DNA of 64,000 nucleotides from Candidatus Acidiferrales bacterium (GCA_035515795.1 DATJAY010000016.1:45703-109702), one strand, 5' to 3'; counted from the first letter of the stretch, positions 50,701 through 58,133 are shown. The notes: generated from the letters alone by a model not told the origin. Made by a program: numbers and translations.

Positions 50701-50788
50701 CCCTAGAGGCACTGCAAGCGGCGTTTATTTCTGCAGGTTGATAGCAGGCTCACACAAGAAAACAATAAAAATGCTTCTCTTAAGATGA
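38720..50788 (+). CDS. Giant (~4,020-aa) T9SS-secreted repeat-rich surface protein / putative adhesin
   Basis: Uninterrupted 12.1-kb ORF. Signal peptide MFKPTKRRFLVLLLTVMALGSTSAWSA (ATG 38720; the track ORF starts at 38681). T/G/N/S-rich beta-strand repeats. Five G-x-W-x(5-6)-W head motifs. C-terminal QNYPNPFNPTTNIPFTV...GVYFCRL...KMLLLR sorting domain. Confidence 0.85.
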   Translation: MFKPTKRRFLVLLLTVMALGSTSAWSATISSTGTGGNWNAAGTWVGGVAPGNTDSVVIVSGATVTVNGANRTCGSINILGTLQWSAAGGSRTLTVSGGGTGSGTIGGNGIIIVANAAVTGTITMSAGTNSNWIFSGTITRTGALVVNMTSTTDQTITGVLICNTFTVNKAGGTLHLSITPTVTTTTTLTAGSIDYNSGGTQSILNANHPADLSLSNSGTNLTTTAALTIGGNLIVADGTTFTSNAAYALTVTGTTTVGGGTSGTLAISTASTNTQTFTGAVTVNSGASFTESIAASLAFGSDLSVNGTLTENGAAPVTVAGNFTNNGSYTASTGTHTFSGTAKTIGGTSGISIASLAVTGTYTNNGTLTVSTALTGAGGLTNGLSSVLNIGGTSTITTLTATAVGNMVNYNGAAQTVKVVAYNNLTLSGSGVKTFAVTTINGNLTLSGTATAAMGASLAIGGNLSIGDGTTFTVGAYTITVTGTTTLGGGASGTLSITSMTGTKTFSRAVTINSGASFTESVAEAIAFGSDVTINGTLTENGNAAIGIAGNFTDNGTYTASTGFHTFSGTGMAIGGSSAISIPSVTISGSYANNGTLTVTTALAGTGGLTNADTLNINFAGAAGIASLTATTPGNTVNYGYAGAQTVISTNYYNLTLGGSGAKTLQAGTTSIAGSFTLSGTATTTGVIGLTIGGSIVLGSGTAFTAGAFIHSIAGSWVNNGGTFTSTGSTIGFNGSAAQTIGGTSASAFNNLSINNSNGVSLGASVSIAGTLTLTSGIVTTSATNLLTITNTSAGSISGASSASFVSGPLAITLPANVGADGTTYTFPVGETANYRPISLMNIRTGATSPVVRATVNGSGATTGDGTTITSIAPRNWYVQATSGNFTSATIQLTESGLIPTNVIGQSSAQSGTYASIGGTNVGATVTSVQTVSSFPGYFAIGISTVKPLYSYQSGNWDSTTTWTTDPSGSLWINGKVPGTMDNVVILNGRTISVSSNNKKVVSLNLNAGGVVDIQSTTGHSFGTVTGQGRIMLSSNNFPGGTFTNFVASGGGTIEYYNLNAAGLSTTQLTYNNLIVSNYSTNANSVYLNNFANPATYTVNGNFSLKNYSSGSNTFYFGSPTASDNLVSMTVYGSLSVDAGCNIRVNNFATAHNVPNASDEGATPYPVHTLNLYGNLTNNGSVRFTGLPSPVNNAYYALTTTAYNAVNYGDVQVFFYGATNNTMTCNGTTDFFRIVVAKGLDDTHTLEVSSTNTNNFALYAPNNQGNNAFNGGTNGYGYGVYYKALFIHYGTLKLDANISIPSLTEGGQDFNLVPTAGLWINGANVSTTVSGLNGTGYQAATLYGSLRISAGQFSTGDAAGMVLGTLGTPTITIEGTGVLDASNAWEATGGTNLMSYIQTGGTANFRLQGENHVGPMFGLNNPNSSFVMSGGTINFTNNAFVDGTYDYNVMDLEPQSGYYQVTGGTINISLPSSATAYTVISTVPLNNVNISRGSGAGTTTVQWNTPSPNLSVLNNLVINSNAVLNLSTSSLSLFVGGNFTIASGGAYTPGTTDTTTFNGNGYQAFTNIGTITGGLASLSVTSSSNTTIISNNLTVNGTLAIGRNAMLNDSGKYVYVIGSVVNSGTHTGLSSGGGIRLTGTTAQTINGGGRFYNLIIDKSNTTGVSLLSNITVTGTLRLVTNPNLTIGSYNLTLDSLANVYTDLATGASYDSLHMIVTAGLASDNGVTKKFCSSSTTFLYPIGTGTKYRPAQIQFTSNPYQYGSITVRPVASADPMVQAANQSITFYWKVTSSNFTGIQNNSINEIYYYYPVDVPNSTYESSYVPATFIAPSWMINSAGTVSYTLTPRQIHFNSLNYLDGEYTCGTSAAFAAVPALYSIVSGNWNSTATWSTTRGGPAGSTTPHVTTVVYVTNGTTVTTTLADSSGNLIIEPGATLNLETVTGHSFGTIVNNPASGSGTLRIASSAYFPKGDWGNFLGINGGTVEYYQTAAGTLNLPTTYALPSGSTANITTYCNLTASPYNASNIILPNTNLTIYKNFTAKYSAGGGTANCITQINAGATTTTLEVHGIISVNQYGILQYMNGAAQSVVADSDIIIAAGGALQVSTSGTANLVNTLTLYGNITNNGTLDLDPNYPANDNYNCLLGFAGASSKAFTSTTTPTRTRLYAISVNKGTTLDSMVNVMIDPTGFQMGNGGLSLQNGTFRLTSAVTMALSSGGFTIPVTGGLSVNGGTLNVVTDAISADLTLKGRLEILSGTINVGPSISSTSTISSSILYSAAGSPTISISGGSLNVYSQIRRDTANNSGSLNYTQTAGTVTIGGKNPKALRAAFEVMNSGSRFAMSGGTLILANGSINTISPYDMDIEPDASNVTGGAIQLGLSGTTQTTFRFETSVPLWTVTLDASSNASAIQEVYNSTLLGNLTIGGASGYYNANGLDLEIGGNLVNNNTNAANGINVGGFQAQSTTQTTSFVGSADQTIIGTSSNRTNFANLEIATGSSHTTFLSSGACTMVVNGDLTLTSGTLNDGGNPMYLLGDVDNNAVHVSPNANSGGMIFSGTSNQGMTGSGTGVFGNIEINNSGNGVNMTDNSTINGQIKFTKGYLYIDDYVLTLGPNATVAGTPNASNLILLNGVLSDKGVTKIFPTGASSFTFPIGANGKYTPAAFSFSSNSNSGASIRVIPVDGLQPTINTDSVKNYLKYYWYVSSTGFSSAYSVTHTYTYITTDTAGHPANIERYDNSISKWSTVTGTISPPTFTFTSSSILDGSYTIGDVFASLPMLYSIMSGSWYNGALWSTDTTTKIPYGKIPNGNPVFIRSQDSVALTANNANASSVVINGILDAGNTTLNNIGQVSGSGKIKISSTASGYFAFPGGVYDGFFSNSASTVEFYGTINGRLPLDPGNTTKPYQNVIFSGTSIKYISSVDTKVIGNLTIQNGSKLDNTQYNKDIYILGNWVDNNTGTAGFTPGTGTVYFDGSSAQRITMGSSSTTETFYNFALNNSSGITIATGNVSVSRNLFLTSGNITTSSNNSLTITNTDTGAVVGGGVNSFVNGPLIKQINSGSHFQFPVGDAVSSNRNRFGYVSVNNVSTSGTWTAQFSDKNPTTDGYSISNMTPPLMSVNYTEYWKVAGPTGGTANVTLSWDQYSGMSSSSSTRALSLVAEWGTPVAGSWNSAGSMVSDFGQDSGTVATSTVLNLAGTQVFTIGATTAAIAALITSIQTGLWNNPAVWNVGRIPSAIDTVVITSPYNVVLNIPLAIARFAVNNGGTYNDSTFTLTVAGNVTLNGTWSGSGKLSMTMSGGAIYGTGTVTGKSTLEIAAGSESIVSNANLILKNVSILSADTLNNYGSVTIDSLAGSTATSIFNNFPGSTLTINGSLLNTGTLNAAVSPNTVIYGGSAAQVIKSTTYNNIIISGAGAKTINSGATTISNGTLELQSGPVFTIQSGASVAATGTGKIVLDPNSSYINLSNSAPLVQVQTRITGRDGWRMIAAPDTVTVGSMLGGKFVTQGFSGSTYPAMQPNLMWWDETSKGTSLQAWRAPSNMTDTVKLGRGYMYYVFNGAQITGQSGGGNYSDTLPLTMSALGPEHPLTTAFDFGVTATMRAGGGSPDTTYTDTAAADYGWNLVGNPTPSTINWNASSGWTKTNMDGTIYVWDPNDTTGGYKTWNGTTGNLGSGLIAPFQAFWVKANNANPSLRCDNGVKSSGGVFLEKAVKDSIGNILSAKAAEKSSGNNPLSKVTDDSVSSSTPVISLTLSSNELEAQAYLMFSGSGLLSYDPYDAFSLVPLTNDYLILYSVAGEGQLPMQIQDLPDTGFGEPFTLPLYVGGTMAGKPLSSSFTLCWKLDGKLPSGWNIELMDDDNAKAYNISAEGQLTFQYNTPAGMVPLSNSFLEKTSSNGSSRRSLPTPVVLTVPSSKLSKAASVTPRFRLVIAANNNLNGYLPTTPQLEQNYPNPFNPTTNIPFTVPAKSRVTIEVFNVLGQKVATLADMDYDAGTHVVVWNPRGTASGVYFCRLIAGSHKKTIKMLLLR
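39391..40553 (+). repeat. Tandem ~690-nt (230-aa) duplication inside the giant gene
   Basis: 39391-39863 (AALTIGGNLIVADGTTFTSNAAYALTVTGTTTVGGGTSGTLAIS...GGLTN) and 40081-40553 (ASLAIGGNLSIGDGTTFTVGAYTITVTGTTTLGGGASGTLSIT...GGLTN) are colinear. A weaker third copy follows. Confidence 0.8.
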
Positions 50789-51390
50789 TAAGATTCCTTA
50801 ATTACATACTGCCGCGAGGACGAATGCTTTTGCTTTTGATTGCATTTACTGTTTCCCCTGCAGTAGCGCAGAAAATAAATTTCGGAGCGTACACAACTTC
50901 CGCGGGCCTCAACTTGTATCCAAGCGCCGGCTTGAATTTCAACGACAAGCAGCCCGCAATACTCATTAACAGCAACGTAACGGTGAGCATCACGCTTTAC
51001 GACAACGATTGCGGGTATGTACAAATTGTCGGAGATGCCACTAGAGACATTACTATCATAGTCCCTCACACGGTCTATCTAACTTGCGGCGCGAGTGAGA
51101 TACCGTTTACATGTCAATGCGCATATTCTAATCTTGGATCAACCGACGTGAATGTGGCCAAGATGAGCGCCGTCGAGATATCATCCGGGGTTACAGTTAT
51201 CACTGTACCAATGCTCCAGAGGACTTTAGGTGCACCCGCTCCACCACCGACGCCTGCTCACGGCGGGTACTCAGCTCCGACCGCGACAGCGTATCTATTT
51301 CTATATGGAACGCTTGGACCTGTGGGGAACGTGGCCGCAGGGACGTACATTGGAACGATCAATGTCTACGTCAACTACACTACATATTGA
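50785..51390 (+). CDS. Small secreted DUF4402-like (pilin/spore-coat-U-like beta-sandwich) protein
   Basis: Signal peptide (LLLLIAFTVSPAVAQ). INFGAY near the N-terminus and GTYIGTINVYVNY at the C-terminus, as in DUF4402 proteins. ATG 50785 overlaps the giant gene stop (ATGA). Alternative start at 50824. Confidence 0.5.
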   Translation: MIRFLNYILPRGRMLLLLIAFTVSPAVAQKINFGAYTTSAGLNLYPSAGLNFNDKQPAILINSNVTVSITLYDNDCGYVQIVGDATRDITIIVPHTVYLTCGASEIPFTCQCAYSNLGSTDVNVAKMSAVEISSGVTVITVPMLQRTLGAPAPPPTPAHGGYSAPTATAYLFLYGTLGPVGNVAAGTYIGTINVYVNYTTY

Positions 51391-51816
51391 TGATAGGACA
51401 GTCGGAGTTGTGCTGGCAGGGTGAACGGTGATCGGTTGAGGATGAAAAAAGCGATAAAGATAGGCCGCGCAACCAGAGAGAATCTTTATCCCCGTTGCTC
51501 CACGATTTGAACGATGACTCGAACTCATTGCATGTATATTCCCCCGTTTTAATAAATCGACTTGCATACGGGGGCTCTGCCCCAATTTACTAACGTGGCT
51601 CCGGATCACTTTTTGGTGTGCCGGTCAAAAGGAGTGGCGGCAGAATTGTTTCTTTGCCAATCATCCGCCATTGGAGTATGGCTTTAGCCGCAGGAATTTA
51701 TTAGATTAACAAGAAGTCAGAAGGCACAATGAGTTACCGCAGGCGATCCGGCATAAACACCTTCCATGAGGTGATAAAAGCGGTCAACGACGTAGTTCAC
51801 ATAGAAAGATAGACAT

Positions 51817-54800
51817 ATGTGGCTAACTCGACTTGCTCTCAGATACCCCATCTCCACACTGATGGGATCAATTGCAATTTTTGTTTTGGGGTTGGTGTCG
51901 TTTCTTCAGCTCCCTATCGACATGCTGCCGAACATACAAATCCCTGCGGTGTCGGTAATCACTTACTATAATGGTGCCGCTCCAAGTGATATGGAGCAAT
52001 CCGTGACTATACCACTCGAACGGGCTGTCAGCAGCACAAACAACGTAAACTACGTTCAATCTCAAACGCGGGAAGGGGTTGACAGGATATATATCTATTT
52101 TAATTGGGACGCAAACACCAATGTTGGACTCGTTGACGTCATCCAGAAAATAAACAGGGCATTCAGTCTGCTGCCGACCGGCGTATCTCAACCCATCGCT
52201 CTCAGATTCGACATCTCAAATTTACCGGTATGCAGCATCGTACTTAGCAGCGGCATGGACGACCGAGAATTGTACGACCTCGCATATAACGTCATCGAGC
52301 CGCAAATCGAACACCTGGATGGCATCGCATCTGCTGCCGTGACAGGCGGAAAGATTCGTGAGATCCATGTTGTGCTCAACAGAAATAGAATCGAAGCCCT
52401 CAACATGCCGTTGCAGAACGTAACCGATGCAGTCGCACAATCAAATCTGATCATCCCATCCGGAGATTTGAAAACCGGTGTGTTCGACTATTCGTTAGCT
52501 ACGGAAAGTCAGTATAACGTAGTTCAGCCGATGGAAAATATGGTTGTGAAAGTCATCAATGGCATTCCAATTCGCATCAAGGACATTGGTTATGTTGAAG
52601 ACTCGTATCAGGAACAAACGGAGGTCGTCAGAGTGAACGGCCAGCACGGTGTGGTCCTGCGCGTTCTGAAATCACCCGATGCAAATACTGTGGATGTTGT
52701 TGACGAGGTGATAGATGAGCTCCCGAGACTCCAAGGTGTACCACCATCGGTACGATCATCATTGTCTTTTGATCAGAGTCAATATATCAGAGATTCGATC
52801 TCCGGTCTTCAGCAGGAAGCTCTCATGGGTGCATTGCTTGCAACGATCGTTATCCTGCTATTCCTTAGAAATGCCAGGAGTGCACTGGTAATTTTCGTAG
52901 CGATACCACTCTCGATTTTGGTCACATTTATCTATTTCAGATTCAGCGCAACCACTTTAAATATCATGACGCTTGGAGGCTTGGCGCTCGGGGTTGGAAG
53001 GCTGGTAGACGATTCAATTGTCGAGCTGGAAAACATAACACGGCATTATAATTTAATGGGCGGACAGAAGATCAGCAGGATGCAGGCTACACTTGATGCC
53101 GCACTGGAAGTTGCTGGACCGATTTTCATTTCCACTCTCACAACGGTAATAGTCTTCTTGCCGGTAGTTTTCCTGAGCGGTGTAGCAAAGCTCCTTTTCC
53201 TGCCGCTCGTGCTTACCATCACCGTGGCATTGTTCGGCTCTTTTTTCGTTTCAAGGACCGTTACTCCCCTTCTTTGCTACAGAATTGTTCAGCCTGAAAA
53301 GGAAATAGACCTAAATTCTAAAAAGTATCTCGTTAGATTGAGATTAAGCTTGAAAAATCTTTTTGAGGACATAGACATTAATTATCAGAAAACCATCGGG
53401 TATCTTCTGAAGCATAAGCGGTACGTCGTTTTCTCCGTTGCAGGATTCGCACTTCTTTCGTTTGGGCTATTCAAGTTTGTCGGCACGGAGTTTTTCCCCG
53501 ACAGCGATGAAAGCCAGTTCAGCATATCGGTCAAGCTGCCGGTGGGCACCCGCATCGAAGAAACTGAAAAATATGCAGAAAGAGTTGAAGACATCCTCAG
53601 AAAAAATATCCCGGAAGTGAAGGCAATAATCTCGGATATTGGCATGCCAAGTCAAAAGAGCGGCCATCTTTTCGGCTCGAATCCCGGAACGTACGCGGCC
53701 GGCATCCAAGTCCAGCTTGTGGAACCGGCGCAAAGAAAACGCTCAGAGGCGGAAATCATCAATGCCGTGAGACCGGTTCTGATGACTATGCCTGGAGCAA
53801 GAATTTACGTTACACCCGGCGGGTTCCTGCACTTTTTGCTGAATTTCGGCTCCGCAGCCCCGATCGATGTCGAGATCATGGGTTATGATATGGCGACGGC
53901 GATGCGGTTGACCCAACAAGTATACACCATGGTGCGTTCAACGCCCGGTGCAGTTGATGTTCAAATAAGTCAAGACCCAAACCTTCCGCAACTGCGAGTG
54001 ATTGTGGATAGAAACAAAGCGGGTGCGCTTGGAGTGAATGTCGCCGACGTGGCAAACACGGTTTCAACGGCAATCGATGGCTCGGTCGCCTCGCTGTACC
54101 AGGATACACGAAACGGCAACAGCTATAACATACTTGTTCGTTTAAATGAGAGTGATCGCAACAGAATTGATGACATCCGATGTTTGACGGTGAATAGCAG
54201 TTCAGGGCATCTGGTGACGCTTGGTAACATTGCGAATGTTGTAATGTCGAATTCCCCTGTGGAAATAGACAGGAAGTATCAACAGCGGATTATTGATGTC
54301 ACGGCAAACGTCGCAGGGAGAGATCTGGGAAGTGTCTCCTCTGAAATCCAAAACAAAATTAACACTTTGGCTGTCCCATCCGGGTTTCAGGTTATTCAGA
54401 GTGGAAACATCGAACAGCAGAACAGCACGTTCAGGTCTTTGGGCCTCGCTCTCATACTTGCAATTATCATGGTTTACATGGTCATGGCCTCTCAATTCCA
54501 GTCGCTCGTCGATCCGTTCATTATTATGTTTACAATTCCACTTGGAGTCGCCGGAGTAGTTTGGGCGCTCTTCTTGACAAACACAACTCTCTCAGTCACC
54601 TCGTTCGAAGGGGTGATCGTCATGGTCGGGATCGTCGTTTCCAACGGGATACTGCTGATCGATTACATCAATCGCCTGCGAAAAAGAGGGATGGAGCTTC
54701 ATGAGGCAGTTATGACAGGCGGACGAACGCGGCTTCGTCCAATATTGATGACTTCTCTTGCAACGATTTTTGGCCTGATTCCCATGGCTATAGGAGTGGG

Positions 54801-54963
54801 CGGTGAAAGATCACAGGCGCCTTTGGCTATCGCCGTGATAGGCGGACTGACGGCATCCACATTCTTGACACTGATTTTTGTCCCGACTCTATATACGATA
54901 TTTGAAGAAAGATTCAAACGTGAACTGACCGCTAAAGAGCAGGGGCGTACCGTTTCCGTCTGA
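51817..54963 (+). CDS. RND-family efflux transporter permease (AcrB/HAE-like)
   Basis: 1048 aa with a 12-TM two-lobe layout. Conserved strings LGGLALGVGRLVDDSIVELENI and MTSLATIFGLIPMA. No adaptor or outer-membrane factor gene is adjacent. Confidence 0.9.
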   Translation: MWLTRLALRYPISTLMGSIAIFVLGLVSFLQLPIDMLPNIQIPAVSVITYYNGAAPSDMEQSVTIPLERAVSSTNNVNYVQSQTREGVDRIYIYFNWDANTNVGLVDVIQKINRAFSLLPTGVSQPIALRFDISNLPVCSIVLSSGMDDRELYDLAYNVIEPQIEHLDGIASAAVTGGKIREIHVVLNRNRIEALNMPLQNVTDAVAQSNLIIPSGDLKTGVFDYSLATESQYNVVQPMENMVVKVINGIPIRIKDIGYVEDSYQEQTEVVRVNGQHGVVLRVLKSPDANTVDVVDEVIDELPRLQGVPPSVRSSLSFDQSQYIRDSISGLQQEALMGALLATIVILLFLRNARSALVIFVAIPLSILVTFIYFRFSATTLNIMTLGGLALGVGRLVDDSIVELENITRHYNLMGGQKISRMQATLDAALEVAGPIFISTLTTVIVFLPVVFLSGVAKLLFLPLVLTITVALFGSFFVSRTVTPLLCYRIVQPEKEIDLNSKKYLVRLRLSLKNLFEDIDINYQKTIGYLLKHKRYVVFSVAGFALLSFGLFKFVGTEFFPDSDESQFSISVKLPVGTRIEETEKYAERVEDILRKNIPEVKAIISDIGMPSQKSGHLFGSNPGTYAAGIQVQLVEPAQRKRSEAEIINAVRPVLMTMPGARIYVTPGGFLHFLLNFGSAAPIDVEIMGYDMATAMRLTQQVYTMVRSTPGAVDVQISQDPNLPQLRVIVDRNKAGALGVNVADVANTVSTAIDGSVASLYQDTRNGNSYNILVRLNESDRNRIDDIRCLTVNSSSGHLVTLGNIANVVMSNSPVEIDRKYQQRIIDVTANVAGRDLGSVSSEIQNKINTLAVPSGFQVIQSGNIEQQNSTFRSLGLALILAIIMVYMVMASQFQSLVDPFIIMFTIPLGVAGVVWALFLTNTTLSVTSFEGVIVMVGIVVSNGILLIDYINRLRKRGMELHEAVMTGGRTRLRPILMTSLATIFGLIPMAIGVGGERSQAPLAIAVIGGLTASTFLTLIFVPTLYTIFEERFKRELTAKEQGRTVSV

Positions 54964-55406
54964 AGTGATCAAAGAAATTCGATGTGCTTCCACAAAAGTG
55001 ATCCCGTGTTATACTGGTAACTTTAGATGACCACCCCCCGAGTTGATCTGCTAATGAAAAATCAGTAATCAAATCAGATATTGGCGGCCCAAGTCGAAGT
55101 GGGAGCCGCTGAACTCTCCATCCGGGGTCATGGAACACTTCGGGAATAGTCAATTCCTCGTTTGCTTTTCGATCTGAACGATGCCTCTAACTTTTTAATG
55201 TCCCAAATTCCGATTCGCATTGATAGAACGGCGATGGAAACGACAGTTCTCCAGGAGTGTCGGCGCACGAGGTTCCCTTCGGCCAATGGAGCTGTTTTGG
55301 CAACCTATTGCGGGATCACTTCTCGGGTACACGGCGGCGGCGCGGCAACAATGCAGTGGTAATTCAAAAGTCGGTATGCAAAATAGTCAATGTAAATTCC
55401 CATTGG

Positions 55407-55967
55407 TTATTTGCCTGTCCATGTGAGTTCGAATTCACAATAACCCTTATTAGACTCAATTAATGTTACGTATCTCATATTTACATCTTTGGCGCCTGAC
55501 ATCTCTAGAGCTTTCGTGTAGAATCCGATAATACTAAAACCCATAAGTCTATGCTGTTTTTCAAATCCAGTAAATGTCAACGTTGCTCTGTTGTTTCCCA
55601 TTTTTACATTTACTGATATTCCTCTGAAATAAGTCTCAAATACCATTGACGATCTATTTAAGACAAATTCCGGCGATCCTAATTTTATGAAGAACTTATA
55701 TAAACCCTTCAACTGTTTTTCAATTAACGTCTCGGATCTTTTTATCAATTCATTTTCATGACCATTTGCTGTCTGTAAAAGATCTTGTTCTAGAAACCTG
55801 ACAAAATCATCCAATCTGTACCAACTTGATGACAATACTATGTTCTCAAATACCTTCTTGGTTTCGTCATTCAACCTGCCGACTATATTATCATAAACAT
55901 CTTCACCATTTCTTTTCTTGATGGATTCGATAGAATCACGAATCACAGAACCCTTGATTTCAATCAT
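55407..55967 (-). CDS. Hypothetical protein, possibly DUF2378-like
   Basis: 186-aa ORF in an otherwise empty region. The overall pattern (LGSPEFVLNRSSMVFETYF...GF...SGAKDV...CEFELTW) recalls the DUF2378 family. This is a weak by-eye assignment. Confidence 0.35.
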   Translation of the reverse strand: MIEIKGSVIRDSIESIKKRNGEDVYDNIVGRLNDETKKVFENIVLSSSWYRLDDFVRFLEQDLLQTANGHENELIKRSETLIEKQLKGLYKFFIKLGSPEFVLNRSSMVFETYFRGISVNVKMGNNRATLTFTGFEKQHRLMGFSIIGFYTKALEMSGAKDVNMRYVTLIESNKGYCEFELTWTGK

Positions 55968-56562
55968 CTGATGACTCCTCTGTCATTTTTCGTTAGTATT
56001 AAGCAAGGCATCGGCCCCAGGGAGCTTGGTCGGGATTGGTTCAAAAGTTCTTGGAATAACACTCTTGATTACGGTCGCGAGCACGAAACTCTTCTATGCC
56101 ATTCCCTGCCTCCTGAGTGAATATTATTGAACGCGGCCGAGAAATGCAAATGGAGACTGCTCGAAAAGAAAAGTCCCTCCAAAAAATTTGACGGGACTTA
56201 GAGAAAATTCCAAGCTTGAGAAGCCTGAATTTGCTCGGCGACAAGATCCGTTTCTTACAAAGTGGCAACCTCTTCGTATATGGGGGTTGTGCTTGAAGTT
56301 AGGCATTAGCCGAATACCCTGTGAAGGGTGTGGATACTCGGCGTATTGCCCGCATGAATAATATCAGATTTCTGCGTATCTTGAGCTCCAGACGTCTCGA
56401 GCGAAAGCCGGCTCGATACGTTCGAAACCGAAAAATGAAACCGCTGAGAACGCCGAGATAGTTTATTGGGAGGACGAGTTGGTATTTTTTTGCACTTTCG
56501 CGGTCAAAAATATTCTTGCTTCACGAATCTAGTTTTTAGGCGATAAAACCTACTATGTTCAA

Positions 56563-57882
56563 ATGAAAACTTTTAACATTGCCATTTTCGGGTGCGGCAC
56601 TGTGGGCAGCGCAGTCGCAGGAATTCTTCTCGATATGAAGAACGTGCTCTCTGACCGTTCTTCGCGAACCGTTGAGCTGAGGAAGATAGTCGACCTTTTT
56701 CCCGGGAAGAATTCTAAGAAGTATAACATTCCACCGGACCTCTTCTGCGGCGGCGGAAAAGATTTGACGAAGCAGGAAGCATCGAAATGTATTTCTGAGA
56801 TTATTGACGACAAAGAGATTGACCTTGTGGTAGAAACGATCGGAGGGACCAGCGATTATCTGCTGTCGGTGATTCTCAAAGCGCTGAACGCAAAGAAGCA
56901 TGTCGTTACCGCGAACAAGGCTATGCTCGCGGAGAGAGGAGATGTTATCTTCAGAACGGCAAGAGAAAACAACGTTACCCTTGGCTGCGAAGCAAGCGTG
57001 TGCGGCGCCATACCGATTATCAAGACGATACGGGAAAGTTTCACTGGAGATGAGGTGCGGGAAGTTTCTGGCATTATGAACGGCACCAGCAACTACGTCC
57101 TTTCGAAGATGGAGCTCGACGGGGTCGATTTTAAGTCAGCGCTGAAGATGGCACAGGAATCCGGATTCGCTGAATCAGATCCCACGCTCGACATAACAGG
57201 CGGGGATGCGGCTCATAAGCTTGCCATACTTATTCGGCTCGCATTTGGCAAGGAAATAAATTACAGCGATCTGACAAAGGAAGGGATTCAAAACATCGAG
57301 AAGGAAGATATTGAATTTGCCAATGAAATGGGTTGTACCATCAAGCTTATCTGCCATGCAAAGAAGATTGACGGGAAAATATTTGCTGCCGTGAGGCCGA
57401 TGATGGTGAAGCACGATAATTTCCTCTCACAAGTACACGGGGCAACCAACTGTGTAGAGGTAATTAATAAATATTCCGGCAGGCACTATTTTATGGGCGC
57501 TGGCGCGGGAGGCTTGGAAACTGCAAGCTCCATAGTTGCCGATATTGTTTTTACAGCTCGCTACGGTGCCAGCGTTGAAAATGTCCCCGCATCATCGCAG
57601 TTAGAATTGGTTGACGCCGACCATTTTGAGTTTCCATATAATATCACATTTTCAACCGAAGATTGTCCCGGGGTTACCGGACTGGTAACGACTGCAATTG
57701 GCGAACATAAAATCAACATAGATACGGTGAGCCACAATCGTCGCAACAAGGAGAAGGCTGTTTTTTCTGTGGTGACAATGCCATGCACGATGCGGCAGAT
57801 CAAGAGCGCGATTGCATCGATCAGAAAAAAATCACCTGATTTACTTGCGGATGAACCGAAGGCGATTCCGATCTTGCAGTAA
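56563..57882 (+). CDS. hom: Homoserine dehydrogenase with C-terminal ACT domain
   Basis: N-terminal Rossmann IAIFGCGTVGSAV. VVTANKA. Catalytic region GIMNGTSNYVLSKM...GFAESDPTLDITGGDAAHKLAIL. ACT-like tail. Confidence 0.9.
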   Translation: MKTFNIAIFGCGTVGSAVAGILLDMKNVLSDRSSRTVELRKIVDLFPGKNSKKYNIPPDLFCGGGKDLTKQEASKCISEIIDDKEIDLVVETIGGTSDYLLSVILKALNAKKHVVTANKAMLAERGDVIFRTARENNVTLGCEASVCGAIPIIKTIRESFTGDEVREVSGIMNGTSNYVLSKMELDGVDFKSALKMAQESGFAESDPTLDITGGDAAHKLAILIRLAFGKEINYSDLTKEGIQNIEKEDIEFANEMGCTIKLICHAKKIDGKIFAAVRPMMVKHDNFLSQVHGATNCVEVINKYSGRHYFMGAGAGGLETASSIVADIVFTARYGASVENVPASSQLELVDADHFEFPYNITFSTEDCPGVTGLVTTAIGEHKINIDTVSHNRRNKEKAVFSVVTMPCTMRQIKSAIASIRKKSPDLLADEPKAIPILQ

Positions 57883-58133
57883 GCAGCTTCGTCTAGAAGA
57901 GTGGTAGTGGTACAGTTCGACGTTCTCCGCGAGTTGAGCCGCCAATCGAATGGCACGCAGGAGGATGTCGTTCATATCTGAGGCGGCCTTGATTCGAAAC
58001 CTGTGGGAACTTGCTCCCACACTGTCAAACGAGTTATAGCTGTTTCCATTATGGGGGAACAAATTGTCGGTTTCTTCAGAGCGAAGGATGCAGGTCGGTT
58101 AGAGATATGAATGAGGTCGCCAGTCATGTAAAA

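Noticed and set aside
55968-56562. Riboswitch or leader (SAM, lysine, T-box, Thr/Met attenuator) upstream of hom, and the 60-120-aa minus-strand ORFs there
   Set aside because: I could not match any riboswitch consensus by eye. The ORFs overlap each other in different frames and lack motifs and RBS. The region is left unannotated; an Rfam scan would be decisive.
57841-58062. 73-aa and 131-aa minus-strand ORFs in and after the 3' end of hom
   Set aside because: They overlap the hom coding sequence or lie in the spacer with no RBS and no recognisable family. Likely spurious.
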